Source: Chiloscyllium plagiosum (lineage: Eukaryota). Taken from it: a stretch of 64,000 nt of DNA. This document shows positions 1-13,226 of this stretch, in pieces. The notes below the pieces were generated by a model. That model saw only the letters and a program-made list of their open reading frames with translations. It was not told the DNA's origin and made no database searches. The stretch lies in assembly GCF_004010195.1 (NCBI RefSeq), contig NC_057720.1, positions 18,199,087 through 18,263,086 on the forward strand, in the 5' to 3' direction. Made by a program: the position numbers and the translations under genes. The number at the start of each line of letters is the position of its first letter. Within the stretch, counting starts at the first letter, position 1.

Positions 1-125
1 TTTAAGCGGGCATTGGATAGGCATATGGAGGATAGTGGGCTAGTGTAGGTTAGGTGGGCTTGGATCGGCGCAACATCGAGGGCCGAAGGGCCTGTACTGC
101 GCTGTATTCTTCTATGTTCTATGAA
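1..125 (+). mobile_element. CR1/HER1 LINE 3' end
   Basis: FKRALDR-like end of ORF2, followed by the 3' motif gggccgaagggcctgtactgcgctgta and a (tctatgt)n tail. Confidence 0.8.
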
Positions 126-481
126 CGAAAATGAGAAACCCAGTAAATCTAAAACCAAACTATTTTTAATAAGTCAATTGCTCTGAGCCATTAAATACCC
201 TGCTCATTCTTTAGCATTGTCTGAATTGCAAGGAATAATCGTCTTTCAAAATTGTTGCCCTTTTCCAAGAGATCATGGATAGCACAAAAAGACAAATATG
301 CATTAAGAACATAAAACTAGTCACTGATCTAATTTGCAAAGTAAATTAAATTTTCAATTCACACTATTAAACAAAGAGCAGACCAAATTGATTTACTGGT
401 GTTAAGACTTTTAACAAGCTAACTTTAAGCAGCTGCTAAATATATTTACACATTAATTTCATTTCATTTCACCCTTCTTAC

Positions 482-607
482 CTGTATCATCCACTCAAAT
501 TGATACATACAAAGACCTAGCTCGGCCATACTCGGTTTGAAAAGTTCTCTGAGACGGTAGTCTTGCATTAACTTGACAAAAACACAAAATGCTTCCTCCT
601 CTGGCAT
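482..607 (-). CDS. EVI5: EVI5 exon (126 nt; TBC domain)
   Basis: MPEEEAFCVFVKLMQDYRLRELFKPSMAELGLCMYQFEWMIQ. Acceptor AAG at 610-608, donor GTAAGA. The gene continues left of the window. Confidence 0.96.
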
Positions 608-914
608 CTTCACAAGGGAAAACAGAGATGCATTAAGACTGTAAGGTTCCAAGGAAAGTAGATTCATACTTTCCACACTTAAAATTTCAAATTTTACAAA
701 ACATGTGAAACAAATCTCTTCAATCAAACTTTTAATTTTATTTTGGCTAGTCCTTAATGGATAAAGCTCTTTTATTCTACAATTAACTGGAAATAATAGC
801 ATCGTAAATTAAGCCTCCACAACTTAATCAAGCTAATATTTAAAAGACTGCACCTACATTATTCTACAACTACTATTGTATTAAATTAAAATGTTGGTTA
901 GATAGCATCATGAA

Positions 915-1112
915 ATAAAACAAAAACTGTGGATGCTGGATGAAACAAGAATAGAATTTTCTGGCAAAACTCAGGAGGTCTGGCAGCATCTGTGGGAAGA
1001 AAGCAGAGCTCATGTTTTGAATTTTGTTGAAAAGTCACCAGACACAAAACATTAACCCTGTTTTTTTCATACAGGTGCTGCCAGAACTGCTGAGTTTCTC
1101 CAACAATTCCTG
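915..1112. repeat. Short fold-back repeat, probably Penelope/MER6-like derived
   Basis: ctggcaaaactcaggaggtctggcagcatctgt is inverted relative to acaggtgctgccagaactgctgagtttctcca. A similar relic lies near 28460-28570. Confidence 0.55.
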
Positions 1113-1569
1113 TAGGTATTACCATACTTGGTTTTAGAGGCTAACTAAGATATTTACTTTGAAAATTCTGGGGGTAAAAGACTTATAAAAGGTGACTTTG
1201 AAACATCAAGAATTTTAGCAAAAACGTGTTTCCTTTCTTTCATTTTTCATGAATTTTCTTCACTCTCTTCTCTTACTGAAGACTTTAACATCATTTTGAG
1301 AAACAGTTTCAATGATATCAGGCAGCTTCAAGTATCTTGTCCAAGTGGTCACTGTCAAAATAATGAAGCATTATACATTATACTACCCCAAAGGTTGCTG
1401 CCAAATTGTCCTGACCCAATGCCCAACACAGGTGTTTTCAATGGCGGGCTATAGATTATGCAGTTTGGAGTTTCAATTTTGGTCCACTTGCAAATCTTAA
1501 AAAGTGGAGTGGACAGGAAAAGTGGAGGTACTTGACAGGATACATACTGGATGCCTCTCCTAGCTGGGT

Positions 1570-2045
1570 AATTTATAAATTGAGATTGCATCTGAACATG
1601 GACTGCCTTCTGTAAGTCCAAATACAACAACACATCGACTGGTTCCCCTCTATCATTTCTGGGTGAGACTTCCTCCAAAAACTGTAATAAATTAGCCAGA
1701 CATGATTTTCATTTCATGAAGCCATGCTGACTCTGCTTGATTAGATTATGGTTTTCCAAATTTTCTGCTATTACTTCCTTAATAATTGATTCCAACAATA
1801 GATGATAGGTTAATTGGCACATGGTTACTTACTTATGGCCTATTTCCCATTTTGGCAGATTTCCAACCCTCTGGAACTTCTCTAAAACCCAAGGATTATT
1901 TTTAGAAAGATACAGCCAAAGCACCTACTCTGTCTGTAACTACTTCCTTTAAGATCCTTGGATGCAACCAATCAGGGCCTGTGGACGTACCTAATGTTCG
2001 CCCCATTAGTTTGTCTAATATTACTTCATTAATGATAGTGATGGT
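1570..2045 (-). mobile_element. Decayed CR1 ORF2 (RT) fragment
   Basis: ORF-track remnants GPDWLHPRILKEV and GEPVDVLLYLDLQKA are CR1 RT motifs. Confidence 0.8.
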
Positions 2046-2396
2046 ACTTGATTCATCCTCCAAGAGATGTGGATGCTTAACAATTGAGTATATTTGAGAC
2101 ATGGGTAGGAACCTTTTTGGTTACACAGAAAACAAACAGATTTGCAAGATCAATGAATTGAGATAGAAGGTCACACATGATCTGGCCTACTCCAATTCTT
2201 TTTTCTCTGCTCTGAATACCTCAGCACCTTTTTGTGACGTCTTACAATTCTCGTAGTGTACCCCAAATGCACTGAACCAAGAGAAAAGCAAATCAGCAGC
2301 TGCCATATGGGACCCTGATACTCATATCAAAAACAACATTCAAACAAGCATTACAATTCCCCAAGGATAGTGACTTATGATCTAAAAGCAAAATAC

Positions 2397-2471
2397 CTGC
2401 ATAAGTAGTAGTCCAACTATAAAAGCACTCCCTTGACAATAACCAACTTCACGATCTACTAGCGAATAGGC
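2397..2471 (-). CDS. EVI5: EVI5 exon (75 nt; TBC glutamine finger), absent from the ORF track
   Basis: Hand translation gives AYSLVDREVGYCQGSAFIVGLLLMQ (YxQ motif). Acceptor TAG after a pyrimidine tract, donor GTATTT, phase 0/0. Confidence 0.97.
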
Positions 2472-2894
2472 CTACAAAGAAAAATAAATTATGTTTTGAT
2501 GAATTGATATGAAGGTGATTTGTAAACTAACTAATTTACCGGAAATAAATGATGTGTCATGTATTTGTGCACAGAAACTGCAATGTTTTATTTTCTCCCC
2601 ACGTGCAATTGTAACAAAACAAAACAAATAATTGTGTAGGTAACTAAATTAGTTTACTTTTTAAGCATTTCAACATATAAGATGACCATCAATTGACTTT
2701 TATTCAGACAGATAGAAACTGATCCCTAATTGCTGGATTTTTACCAACTATTTATAAAAGTATTCAATTGAAAAACAATTGGTAACAGCCAATCAAACTT
2801 GAAAAAAAATCCTCGAAACATACAACCATAAGCATTAACAAGAAACGCACTTCCAAACATTTACAGAACTTTGAAGTTATTGCTTACAGAGTCA

Positions 2895-3545
2895 GAAAGT
2901 CATAGAGTCAGAGATGTACAGCATGGAAACAGACCCTTCGGTCCAACCTGTCCACGCCGACCAGATATCCCAACCCAATCTAGTCCCACCTGCCAGCACC
3001 CGGCCCATATTCTTCCAAACCTCTCCTATTCAGATACCCATCCAAATGGCTCTTAAATGTTGCAATTGTACCAGCCTCCACCACATCTTCTGGCAGCTCA
3101 TTCCATACCTATACCACCCTCTGCGTGAAAACGTTGCCCCTTGGGTCTCTTTTATATCTTTCCCCTCTCACCCTAAACCTATGCCTTCTAGTTCTGGACT
3201 CCCCGACCCCAGGGAAAAGACTTTGTCTATTTATCCTATCCATGCCCCTCATGATTTTGTAAACCTCAAAGGTCACCCCTCAGCCTCCGACGCTTCAGGG
3301 AAAACAGCCCCAGCCTGTTCAGCCTCTCCCTATAGCTCAAATCCTCCAACCCTGGCAATATCCTTGTAAATCTTTTCTGAACCCTTTCAAGTTTCACAAC
3401 ATTGTTCCGATAGGAAGGAGACCAGAATTGTACACAATATTCCAAAGGTGGCCTAACCAATGTCCTGTACAGCCGCAACATGATCTCCCAACTCCTGTAT
3501 TCAATATTCTGACCAATAATGGAAAGCATACCAAACGCCTTCTTC
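2895..3545 (-). mobile_element. CR1/HER1 LINE, 5'-truncated, young subfamily
   Basis: LYRTLVRPPLEYCVQFWSP...RRRLRGDL with a (ctctatga)n tail. Closely similar to copies at 22968, 32917, 36235 and 61990. Confidence 0.93.
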
Positions 3546-3964
3546 AGTATTCGGGTAAGCTAACAAGAACACCACCTCCTAAAAAAAAGAATAACTTTCA
3601 TAATTGGCATTGTGGGCAGTCTGCTATTTTGCAGCTGAGCAAATTTAGGACATTGCACTAGGGCCTTTCTTCTGCGAGAGATCACTGATTTATGAAGTCC
3701 AACTTTATTTTCCAGCCTGATGCATGATATATAAACAGAAAAAATGGCCTCTCTATACTATCAGGCTACCAGTCCCAGAGACAGCGTGGAAAAGCATCAT
3801 ACTGTGTAAGACTAGTGGAGGAAAGAAACAATGAATGAGGGTTAACAACATGCACAATTACATATTAAAAATATGAGCAATTTCCTTTCCAAGTAAACTG
3901 AAGAAAATGTTGAGATATGCCTGCTTTCATTTACCAATGAAACCACAAAAAGAATGAAAAACTA

Positions 3965-5040
3965 TCATAAGGGACATTTCTATGGAGGTTTTTAGTGCAA
4001 TGTGGGCTTCGCTGGTGAGCTGCCTTCTTGAACCTTGCAGTGAGCATGCTGTAGGTGGAACCACAATGCCCTGGGGAAAGGAATTCCAGGATTTTGACCC
4101 TCTGACAGTGAAGGAATAGCGATATATTTCCAAGTCAGGATGGTGAGCGGCTTGGAGGGGTAACGTGCAAGTGGTGATGTTCCCATGTACCTGCTGCTCT
4201 TGATCTTTTTATCTAATTGGCTTTGGGTTTGGAAGGTATTGCTTAAGGATCTTTGGTGAACTTCTGCAGTGCATCTTGTAGACAGTAAACACTCCTGCTA
4301 CTCAGCATCAGTGGCAGAGGAAGTGGATGTGGTGCCAATCAAGCAGGCTGCTTTGTCCTGGATGGTATCAAGCTTCTGGAGTTGTAACTGGAGCTACGCC
4401 CCTCAAGGCAAGTAGGGAGTTTTCCATCAAAGTCCTGACTTGTGCTTTGTAAATGATGGACAGGCTTTGGGGAATTAGGAGGGGGGTTTCTCGCCATAGC
4501 ATTCCTAGCCTCTCACCTGCACTTGTACCCAACTCTGTTCATGTGGAGAGTCCAGTTGAGTTTCTGGTCAATGGTAACCCCCAGGATGTCGTTGGTGGGA
4601 CATGCAGTGATGGGTTTACCATTGAATGTCAAGGGGCAGTAGTTAAGATGATCGCTTATCAGAGATGGTCATAGCCTTACTTGCCACTTGTCATTCCAAA
4701 TCTGAATATTGACCAGATCTTGTCCAGTTGCATTTGAAAATGGACTGCCTCAATATCTAAGGAGTCACAAGTGGTTCTGGCCATTATGCAATCATTGGCA
4801 GACATATCCACTCTGACCTTAAGATCATTGATGAAGCAGCTGAAGATAGTCGGGCCAAGGATGCTACCCTGAGGAAATCCTGCAGTGATTGTCTTGAAGC
4901 TAAGATGACTGACCTCAACAACCATGACAAAATTCCTATGTGCCACTTATGATTCCAACCAACAGAGTGTTTCTCCCCACAACCATGAGTCCAGCTCTAC
5001 TTGGACTTCTTGATGCCACATTTGGTTGAATGAGGCATGC
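3965..5040 (-). mobile_element. Old CR1/L2-group LINE 3' part
   Basis: RT motif GFPQGSILGPTIFSCFINDL and the terminal motif SFTVRGSKSWNSFP. Related pieces lie at 47700-47850, 57385-57640 and 59630-60830. Confidence 0.8.
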
Positions 5041-5061
5041 TATCACTCAGATCTCATCTTG

Positions 5062-5330
5062 AGGGGAGGGGATGACCTAGTAGTAGTACTGGTAGACTAT
5101 TATTCCAGAAAGTCAACTAATGTTCTGGGAATCTGGTTTGAATCCCATGACGGCAGATGGTGAAATCGAAATTCAATTAAAATTAAGAGTCTATTAATTA
5201 CCAAGAAGCTATTGTCAGAAAATCCCATCTGGCTCACTAATATCTTTTGGAGAAGGAAATCTGTCATTCTCATGCAATCTGGCCTACACATGACTCCAGA
5301 CCCACAATAATGTGGTTGACTCTCAACTAC
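5062..5330 (+). mobile_element. tRNA-derived SINE (family with gggaaggaaatctg...ggcctacatgtgactccagaccc core)
   Basis: B-box-like ggtttgaatccc. Core shared with 18222-18580, 22110-22450 and 39300-39504. Confidence 0.7.
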
Positions 5331-5349
5331 TTCGGTTGTGGGAAAAGTG

Positions 5350-5925
5350 TCGGAATGGGTTACAAGAGATAGGATTTATAATCATCTAGAAAGGAATAAG
5401 TTGATTAGGAATAGTCAACATGGTTTTGTGAAGGTGTGTCATAAACCTCATTGAGTTCTTTGAGAAGATGACCAAATAGGTGGATGAGGGTAAAGCGGTT
5501 GATGTGGTGGATATGGATTTCAGTAAGGTACTTCTGGATGCTGTTTTCGTTCGAGAGAAGGTTGAGAAGTGACTTAATTGAGACATAGGAGATAATTAGA
5601 GAGTTAGATACGTTGGACAGTGAGAGCCTTTTTCCTCAGATGGTGATGGCTAGTACGAGAGGACATAGCTTCAAATTGAGGGGTGAGAGACATAGGACAG
5701 ATTTCAGAGGTAGTTTCTTTATTCCGTTCTCGTCCATATGCCTATTCAATGACCATTTAAATACCTGTCAAGTTGGCGAGTCTACTACTGTTGCAGGAAG
5801 TGTGCGCCACATCCTTACTACTCTCTGAGTAAAGAAAGTGTAGGTTAGATGGGCTTCAGACTGATTTCACAGGTCGGCGCAACATTGAGGATCGAAGGGC
5901 CTGTACTGCGCTTTAATGTTCTACC
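5350..5925 (+). mobile_element. Internally deleted or mosaic CR1 fragments
   Basis: QHGF...DFSK RT remnants, the TRGHSFKL motif and a 3' tail like that at 1-125. A short opposite-strand piece lies near 5720-5835. Confidence 0.75.
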
Positions 5926-6059
5926 CTCTGAAATGGCCTAGCAATCTGTACACTTTACACTCCTCCTTACAGCATCAGCTTTGTCTTATATCACTCCCCT
6001 TCCTTCTCTGCCTTTGCCTGCACCTTCTTTCTCTTCCGAGTGGACTTTCTGATTTTTTG

Positions 6060-6512
6060 TAATAGATATGCATTTCTGATTTTCTTTATTGTTCTCGTCT
6101 ACCATCCCACCAGTCTTGGCATCCAACGTTAAAGACTTCCACCAACTCCAACCAGATCCCACTACCAAGAGTATTTTCCCTTCCCCACCTTTCCACCTTC
6201 CACAATGACCATTCCCTTTGCCAATCCTTGGTTTGCGCCACTCTTCCCACCAACTCCGGTCCCAGCCCCTCCCCCTCCCTTCCATTCTTCTGATTGACCC
6301 TTCCTTCCAGCCACCAACCGAATTCACTCCTCCCATTGACCAACCAGGTCGTACCCTCTACCCCATGTTCACTTATCCCGACTCACGACCCTGCGCCCCC
6401 ACCCCCTTTATCTGCAGCTCCTCTTCCACCCACCCCCAGTCTTGAAGGGTTACACTTGAAACATTGCCTTCTCCACCTCCTGATGCTGCTTGTCTACCTT
6501 CTTTCTCTTCAG
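6060..6512 (+). mobile_element. Penelope-like element relic (deleted 3' part)
   Basis: Similar to the reverse complement of 52560-53500: ccaaccagatcccactacc...ttcccttccccacc, a C-rich UTR and a decayed hammerhead tail. Confidence 0.65.
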
Positions 6513-8691
6513 CTAATAATCTAATTCAGATAATTCCATCATGAATGCACCAATGCACCTGCCTCCATCACACACTCAGTTCATTCCAGATCCAAACAAT
6601 TCATATGAAAGAGTATTTTTCTCTTGGTGCCAATTAACTTAAATCTGCGGCCTAATCTTCTCAATCCTTCCATCAATGGGAGGATTCACACTACCTGCTC
6701 TGTTCAGGCTCACGATTTTGAATACATCCATTATACCTCCACTCAACTTTCTTTTCTCCAAGGAAAACTACCCTAAGTTCTGCTATCTGTTCACATAACT
6801 GAAGTTTCTCCTCCCTCAACCCATTTTTCATTAACCTTTTGCATAGTTTATCTGGGGCCTTCATATTCTTCCCGAAGAGTGACGCCCAGAACCTGGGGCT
6901 GACTGAGAACCTTATGCAAGTTAAAACATAATTTCCTTATTTCTGTACTTAATGGTCTTATTAATAATAACTTTCAATATTGTATACTTTATTAAGCACG
7001 AACTTATCCTGTCCTGCCATTTGTAATGACTTATGTGCATATACACTGTTACAACTGCGCAATTCATTGCAGATTTTTAACAAGCTGTCAAAAGAATATT
7101 TCAGCAATCTGTTATATTGTTTAATAGACCTGAAATCAACCAGTGTTGTAGCAGCAGTAATCACAGAGCTATCTAGAACTTGATTAACCTTTGGAAACAT
7201 AATCAGTCTTTATAAAGTTCTGAGAACTTAAAACTTCCTAAACAAGAGACAGAAAACAATTACAAGATAGGGCAATGGCCATCTGAAATTGACTGAGCAG
7301 CCATTTTTCTTGAGTTGTGATAAAGAAAGTTTGCAAAAGCCATTTTGTGCAGTACCACAAGGAAAAACTCAGAGGGTTCTTAACCAAAGAGAAAGCCACT
7401 GAAAGATCAACTGCTGCAGCAATGTGAAAGTGCTGTGACTGCAGAACTAGTGAGGAACAAAAAACCCTCTGATCTGTCCCAAGTTCTGCTTACCTATACA
7501 AGCAAACATTAACTGTCTAACTACAGAAGTCATTGCAGCTGTTGAATTTGACTTCAGGTATCAATCCCTACACTTCAGATAGAAAAACTTCAAGAAACAT
7601 CAGACCTCCAATAAGCTTAGCCATTGATCTGTCGTTCATAAGTTTCTTTTATCTATATCTACTTTTAATCAAAATTAACTTAATACATCTATTTTAAACT
7701 TAACCTGACGTTTGGCCATCTTTTCCACCAACTTTTCTAGATCTTTTTGAAATTCTATATCACCCTCCTTACAGTTCATATTATTTCCAATATTGTATTA
7801 TCTGCAAATTTTGAAATTGTTTCTTGTACACCAAGGTCTTGGTCAATTATATATACACATACCCAAATATATACACACACACAAATATCATGAAAAGGAG
7901 GCATACTAACAGAACCTACCTGAGAATTTCACAATAAGCCTCCCTCTAGGTTGAAAAACATCCAGTAGTCACTCGTTTCTGTTCCTGTCACTGAACTAGT
8001 TTCCGTATTGCTCCTGTCCCTCTTATTCGATGAGCTTCAAATTTACTCTCAAATCTATTGTGTGGCACTTCACCAAATGACATTTCCAATTCTATCAATC
8101 AATTATGTCATCATCAACTCTGTTGTCCAAAAGAACTCAAGCGAGTTAAAAATGATTGCCAGCAACAAATCATGCTGGCTTGCCCTACTTAATATGCAAT
8201 TATCTGAGTGGTCAAAAAATCACCTTGCTGTTGTGTATCAGAAGGTCCATAAAAGGTCTTTTAACCAACATGGATGCCAAATGACAGCTGTCTTAACTAT
8301 CAAAAAGTAACAGTGATATTCACCTAACAGCTGTGCCTTGGAGGATTGTTCCTTGTAGACCAATCTGGAGGATTCCTTACAGAACTGTTGTGCAGTATTG
8401 GGTTATCTTTAACTGAAGTTTGACTGAGAAGACTCCTGTGAAGCTCCTCAGGATATTTTTCAATTTTAAGGGACCACACAACTCCAAATTGTTGTATAAT
8501 CACCAACCAACATACCCAGCAAGCCACATCTTTTTCTCTTTCTCCCTTCTAAGAGTGAAGTATAAATTCTTAAGGCAATTTTTTTTTTGCCAATTAAAAA
8601 ACATCACTTCCAATCAGCCTCAATCGTACAAAGCTTCCAATTGCTTTGATTTGCATTCCTTCAGCTCTTTTCACATGATGGCTTCAAGGAT

Positions 8692-8992
8692 CCTTTCCCT
8701 AGGGTGGGAAATTCAAAACTAAGGGACATATTTTTAAGGTGAGAGGAGAAAGATTTAAAAAGATTTAAACATTTTCACAGAGTAGTTTGTGTGTGGAATG
8801 AATGGCCAGAGAAAGTGGCAGATGCAGATACAGTTACAACAGTTAAAAGACATTTAGAAAAGGTTCATGAATACAAAAGGTTTGGAGGGTTGGGGTGAAG
8901 GGCAGCCAGGTGGGACTAGTTTAGTTTGGGAACATAGTCAGTGTGGACTGGTTGGACTGAAGGCTCTTTCCATATTGTCTGACTCTATGACC
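8692..8992 (+). mobile_element. CR1 3' end
   Basis: aactaagggacata...aggtgagaggagaaagattt...tggaatgaa...gactctatga. Confidence 0.85.
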
Positions 8993-10394
8993 ACTCTCCT
9001 ATAGTGACTAGAATGCTCCTTTGATCAAAATTATAACGTGGTTATTAAAAAAAACCCTTTTTCAATTCAAACATTTTGTCAATTGCATTGTGCATGAATG
9101 AAAAGTCTACTTTTACATAAAATAAGATTTTATCTGTCTCATGGATATTATCTGTTTCTCATGCAATAAAGTGAATGTGATAAAAGCTATGATACTTGAT
9201 GAAATTAATTAGAAACTTACCAAGTGTTTTAAATAGGTGTTGAACATGAATTCTGAATTGTTCTGACAGCCAAGCAAGGTTTAAAGTGGTTTGAAATAGT
9301 AGATTTAGGATGAAGCATGTGGCAAACCACATATCCTGAATGATATATTAGGTAGTGAAGTGGTAGGGTGCAAGCTGATGCGACATGCATAGGAGAGCAA
9401 GAGACCATTTAATCTAATGCAGCATGAATGGAAAAGAGACAAATAGATGGAAGTGAGCTAGTAGAAAGGCAATACTGTAGTTGCCCTGAAGGAGAAAGAA
9501 AAGCAAGAAATGCAAAGAGAAAAAAACGCACAAAGATCAAAACAAATGTTATACATTTTCCAAAACATGTCTGTTCATCAATTCTTCATAGACTACTTTT
9601 TTTTTAACATCTTCTCATTGCGTATTGAAGTATTGTATCTGTGTAACTTAAGTATTGCTGTAAAATGGCATATTGTCAAAATATTTTACCTCGCATTTCC
9701 TAAGAATACCAATGTAAAGGGTATATGATATACTTCATAATAAGTGAAATTGCACATTTCGACCGACTAATGTGGAGAGATGGTAAAGTAGTAATCAAGA
9801 TGGAAGAAACTGCTCATGCTCTCAAGTTGTTGAACTCAAGCGCTGAGTTCTGAAGGTTGTGAAGGGCCAAAATGGAAAAAGAGGTGTTGTTTCTCCAGCT
9901 TGCGAAGAGCTTCACTGGAACACTTATTATCCTTGAATGGAAACGTTGGCATGGGAGTAGGATGGCTTATTGGAATGGCAAGCAACTGGAAAATCAGCAC
10001 AGCTCAACTACTTTTCCCTTTTCAAAGTTTCTCCAGGTGAATCTCTACGTTCCCACCATTAGCACCTCCCCTATCTTTGCTCTGAGCATCTTCATCATTT
10101 ACAAGTACATCATCTCATCCCCCTCCAAAGCTCATCAGCAGGAGATTGAAATTTGACCATAAGCTTTGTGCAGAACCAGAGGAGCATACCCCAAAGCCTA
10201 TTTGCACAGTCATCAATTCCAAGGTAGATATACTGAAAACAACAAATGCTGGAGATCACAGTGGGTTAGTCAACATCCACGGAGTGAGAGCAAACTAATA
10301 TAGAACAGTACATCACATACAGGCCCTTCAGCCCACGACGTTGTGCCGATCTTTTTTCTGACTCTAAGATCAGACTAACCTACATACCCGGCAG

Positions 10395-10520
10395 AAGTGG
10401 ATAGTGCAGATGCTGGAGATTAGAGTGGTGCTGGAAAAGCACAGCAGGTCAGACAGCATCCGAGGATCAGGAAAATTGACGTTTTGGGCAAAGGCCCTTC
10501 ATCAGGAATGGGATGGGGGA
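10395..10520 (-). repeat. Penelope-derived hammerhead-bearing terminal repeat
   Basis: Minus strand reads cattcCTGATGAagggcctttgcccAAAACGTCaattttcctgatcctcggatgctg (GAAA mutated to AAAA). Confidence 0.7.
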
Positions 10521-10569
10521 GTAGAGCCCTAACATGAATCAAGGCTGACCGGGAGATTCTCTTGCTCAT

Positions 10570-10965
10570 CTTTTCACTGGAGTCTAGAAGATGGAGTGGT
10601 GACCTTATAGAAGTTTTTAAAATCATGAGGGGCACAGATAACGTGAATGGTCAAGGTCTTTTTCCCCAAGGTAACAGAATCCAAAATTAGGGGACAGACT
10701 TTTAAGGTGAGAGGAGAAAGATTTGAGAGACCCGAGGGGAAAAAGTTTTCACACAGAGAGTGATTCATATGTAGAGTGAACTGCCAGATGAAGCGGTACG
10801 TGCAGGTACAGTTACAACATTTAAAAGACATTTGGACAAGTCCATAAATAGGAAAGATTTAGAGGGATATGGGCCAAACACAAGCAAAGGCGACAAGTTT
10901 AGTTTGGGAAACTAGGTTGGTATGGATGAGTTGGTCTGAAGGGTCTTTTCCATTCTATGACTATT
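10570..10965 (+). mobile_element. CR1 3' end
   Basis: ttttcactggag...gaccttatagaagtttttaaaatcatgagggg...tctatgact. Confidence 0.88.
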
Positions 10966-11774
10966 TATTCCACTAAGTCTCTCCTCTTTTGTCAACAATT
11001 CATTTGGAAATGAAAATTGGCACAACTGAGAGAAATTCACACCTATTGTAGTCCACTTGCCAATAAATCAGCACTCTCTTCTGATACAACATGTTGTTCA
11101 CCTTTACATTGGCATTCTGGCTAATGTCCTAATGTCTGCACAATGAAAGGTTTTGACAAAATGTTTCAGCGGTTCTCTGCTACCAAATGACTATTTGCAT
11201 TCCTATGTACAGAATCTCTTATTTTTGTAAATATAGCATTTTCTTTGGAAGAACTACATAAGATTATTAACTAGGTTATACTTTGTTCTGTTTTTGTAAG
11301 CAGAACAGACTTGAGCCACAAAATCTTTTAAGCAACTTTCAAAATGATGGAAATCTGAAATATTCTTCAAAAAAAAAGCTTTTTCTTCACTGAAATATGA
11401 AAAATTATCTTTCCAAATTAAGCAATTCAACTGATAGCAACACAACTGAATTCCAGGTCAATAATTGGACTACATTTAATTTCATGGCCAGGAAAGTATT
11501 GCACATTAGGAATAGAGGAACACCAAGCAGATACCGACATATGTTTTTCAGTCTACCTGATTTTTCTTGACACAAAAAAAATTGAGACAAAAGCTGGCTG
11601 ATGCACCTTTTATATTTTGCATTACCCAATGTTGAATTTTACTCCCAAAATTCCTAGTTCTGTGTTACACAGAACAAGAAATTTCAAAACACAAAACGCA
11701 CATTGTACATTTATATTTTGAAGTTGTCTGCACTTTCAAACACTAGCTTTTATAGTAAGTTTCATCTGGCTGCA

Positions 11775-12415
11775 TGGCATGGTGGCTTGATGGTTAGCAC
11801 TGCTGTCTCAAAGCACCAGAGACTCAGGATCAATTCCAGCCTAGATTAGATTAGATTACTTACAGTGTGGAAACAGGCCCGTCGGCCCAACAAGTCCACA
11901 CCGCCCCGCCGAAGTACAACCCACCCATATCCATACATTTACCCCTTACCTAACACTACGGGCAATTTAGCATGGCCAATTCACCTGACCTGCACATCTT
12001 TGGACTGTGGGAGGAAACCGGAGCACCCGGAGGAAACCCACGCAGACACAGGGAGAACGTGCAAACTCCACACAGTCAGTCACCTCAGGCGGGAATTGAA
12101 CCCGGGTCTCTGGCGCTGAGAGGCAGCAGTGCTAACCACTGTGCCACCGTGCCGCCCACCAGGCTGTCTTGCAAACTTCAAACAGACATTCTGTGTCTGC
12201 TTGGGTTCTGGTCAGCTGCTCCAGTTTCCTCCTACAATCCAAAGATGTGCAGGTTAAGTAGATTAGCCATGTTAAATTGCTTAGTAGTGTCCAGGGATCT
12301 GTAGGCTAGGTGGATTAGCCTTGATAAATGAGGAGTAATGAGGATAGGGTGGGGTGCTCTTTGGAAGGTTGGTGCAGACTTGATGCACCTAATGGCCTCT
12401 TACTGCACTGTGGGG
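11775..12415 (+). mobile_element. Older HE1-type SINE, interrupted by a younger copy
   Basis: Head ggcatggtggcttgatggttagcactgctgtctc at 11775-11841. Body resumes at about 12160 (ctccagtttcctcctacaatccaaagatgtgcagg). Confidence 0.8.
11842..12157 (-). mobile_element. Young full-length HE1-type (V-SINE) tRNA-derived SINE
   Basis: Minus strand reads GGGCGGCACGGTGGCACAGTGGTTAGCACTGCTGCCTC...GGTTCAATTCC (intact A and B boxes), V-domain GGGTTTCCTCCGGGTGCTCCGGTTTCCTCCCACAGTCC, and an (AATCT)n tail. Confidence 0.93.
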
Positions 12416-13226
12416 GCCACTACGCATTCTACAATGCCCGTTGTGAAGCATATTCCAATACTCAATCAGCCCAATAGCAGTCAAGCAATTTGCTTGTTTC
12501 TGCAAAGGTATCTTTCATCATCTAAACATATATATTCAGCAAGTAAATTATTAGTGAGAACTCAAAAACAGGTTTTAAAAACTGCTGGGTATTTGAGGCC
12601 CAAGCTGACTAACTTTAAAGATGCAGTCTCTAACTTTAGTGTCAATCATGTAGGACAGATGTAACTGCTCATATTACTTCTGATGTTTCCATGGCAATTT
12701 CACCACCCCCACAGCATTCACAGATCCTTTAAATAAGCAAACAGTAATTATGTTTTAGCTCTGCATATGATCTTCCACCTCAGGGCTAACCTTTTAAATT
12801 CAGTACACACTAATGGAGTCATATTTTCTCTTCCACTTGGAAGGATCGTCTACAAAAGAGTTTGAAATCATCAATGCAGTTTCTGTGAAGGTATCACTGT
12901 GCAACACAAGCGCTGACAATTTAATCTTAAACTGGAAAGGCCAAAATCATACAGAAAATAGAAATTCTCACGGACACACAAAGTGTTTTTCTGGATATAA
13001 CATCAAGACATTCCTTAAATAAAATGGAACTTTCCTGTGCATTAAACTGTATTTTTCCTAGCCTCAAGGAGAAGGGAAAAATATTTCAACTGTGCACTGT
13101 TGCAACAACATCCCTTTTGACGTTTGTTTCTTGCTCAAATTACAAATTTATTTTAAAATGTAGGGAGACTCCTTATAATCAAGAGGCTGCTCTTCATAAG
13201 TAATTACGTTTAAATGACAAGTTTAC

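Noticed and set aside
464..802. Full ORF-track extents around EVI5 exons (also 13194-13409, 16713-17102, 54081-54386)
   Set aside because: Sequence beyond the GT/AG boundaries is intronic read-through; only the spliced portions are EVI5-like.
2914..3369. Recurrent 'MYSMETDPSVQPVHADQ' ORFs (also near 22954, 32928, 37428)
   Set aside because: Antisense translations of the CR1 3' end, not a gene family.
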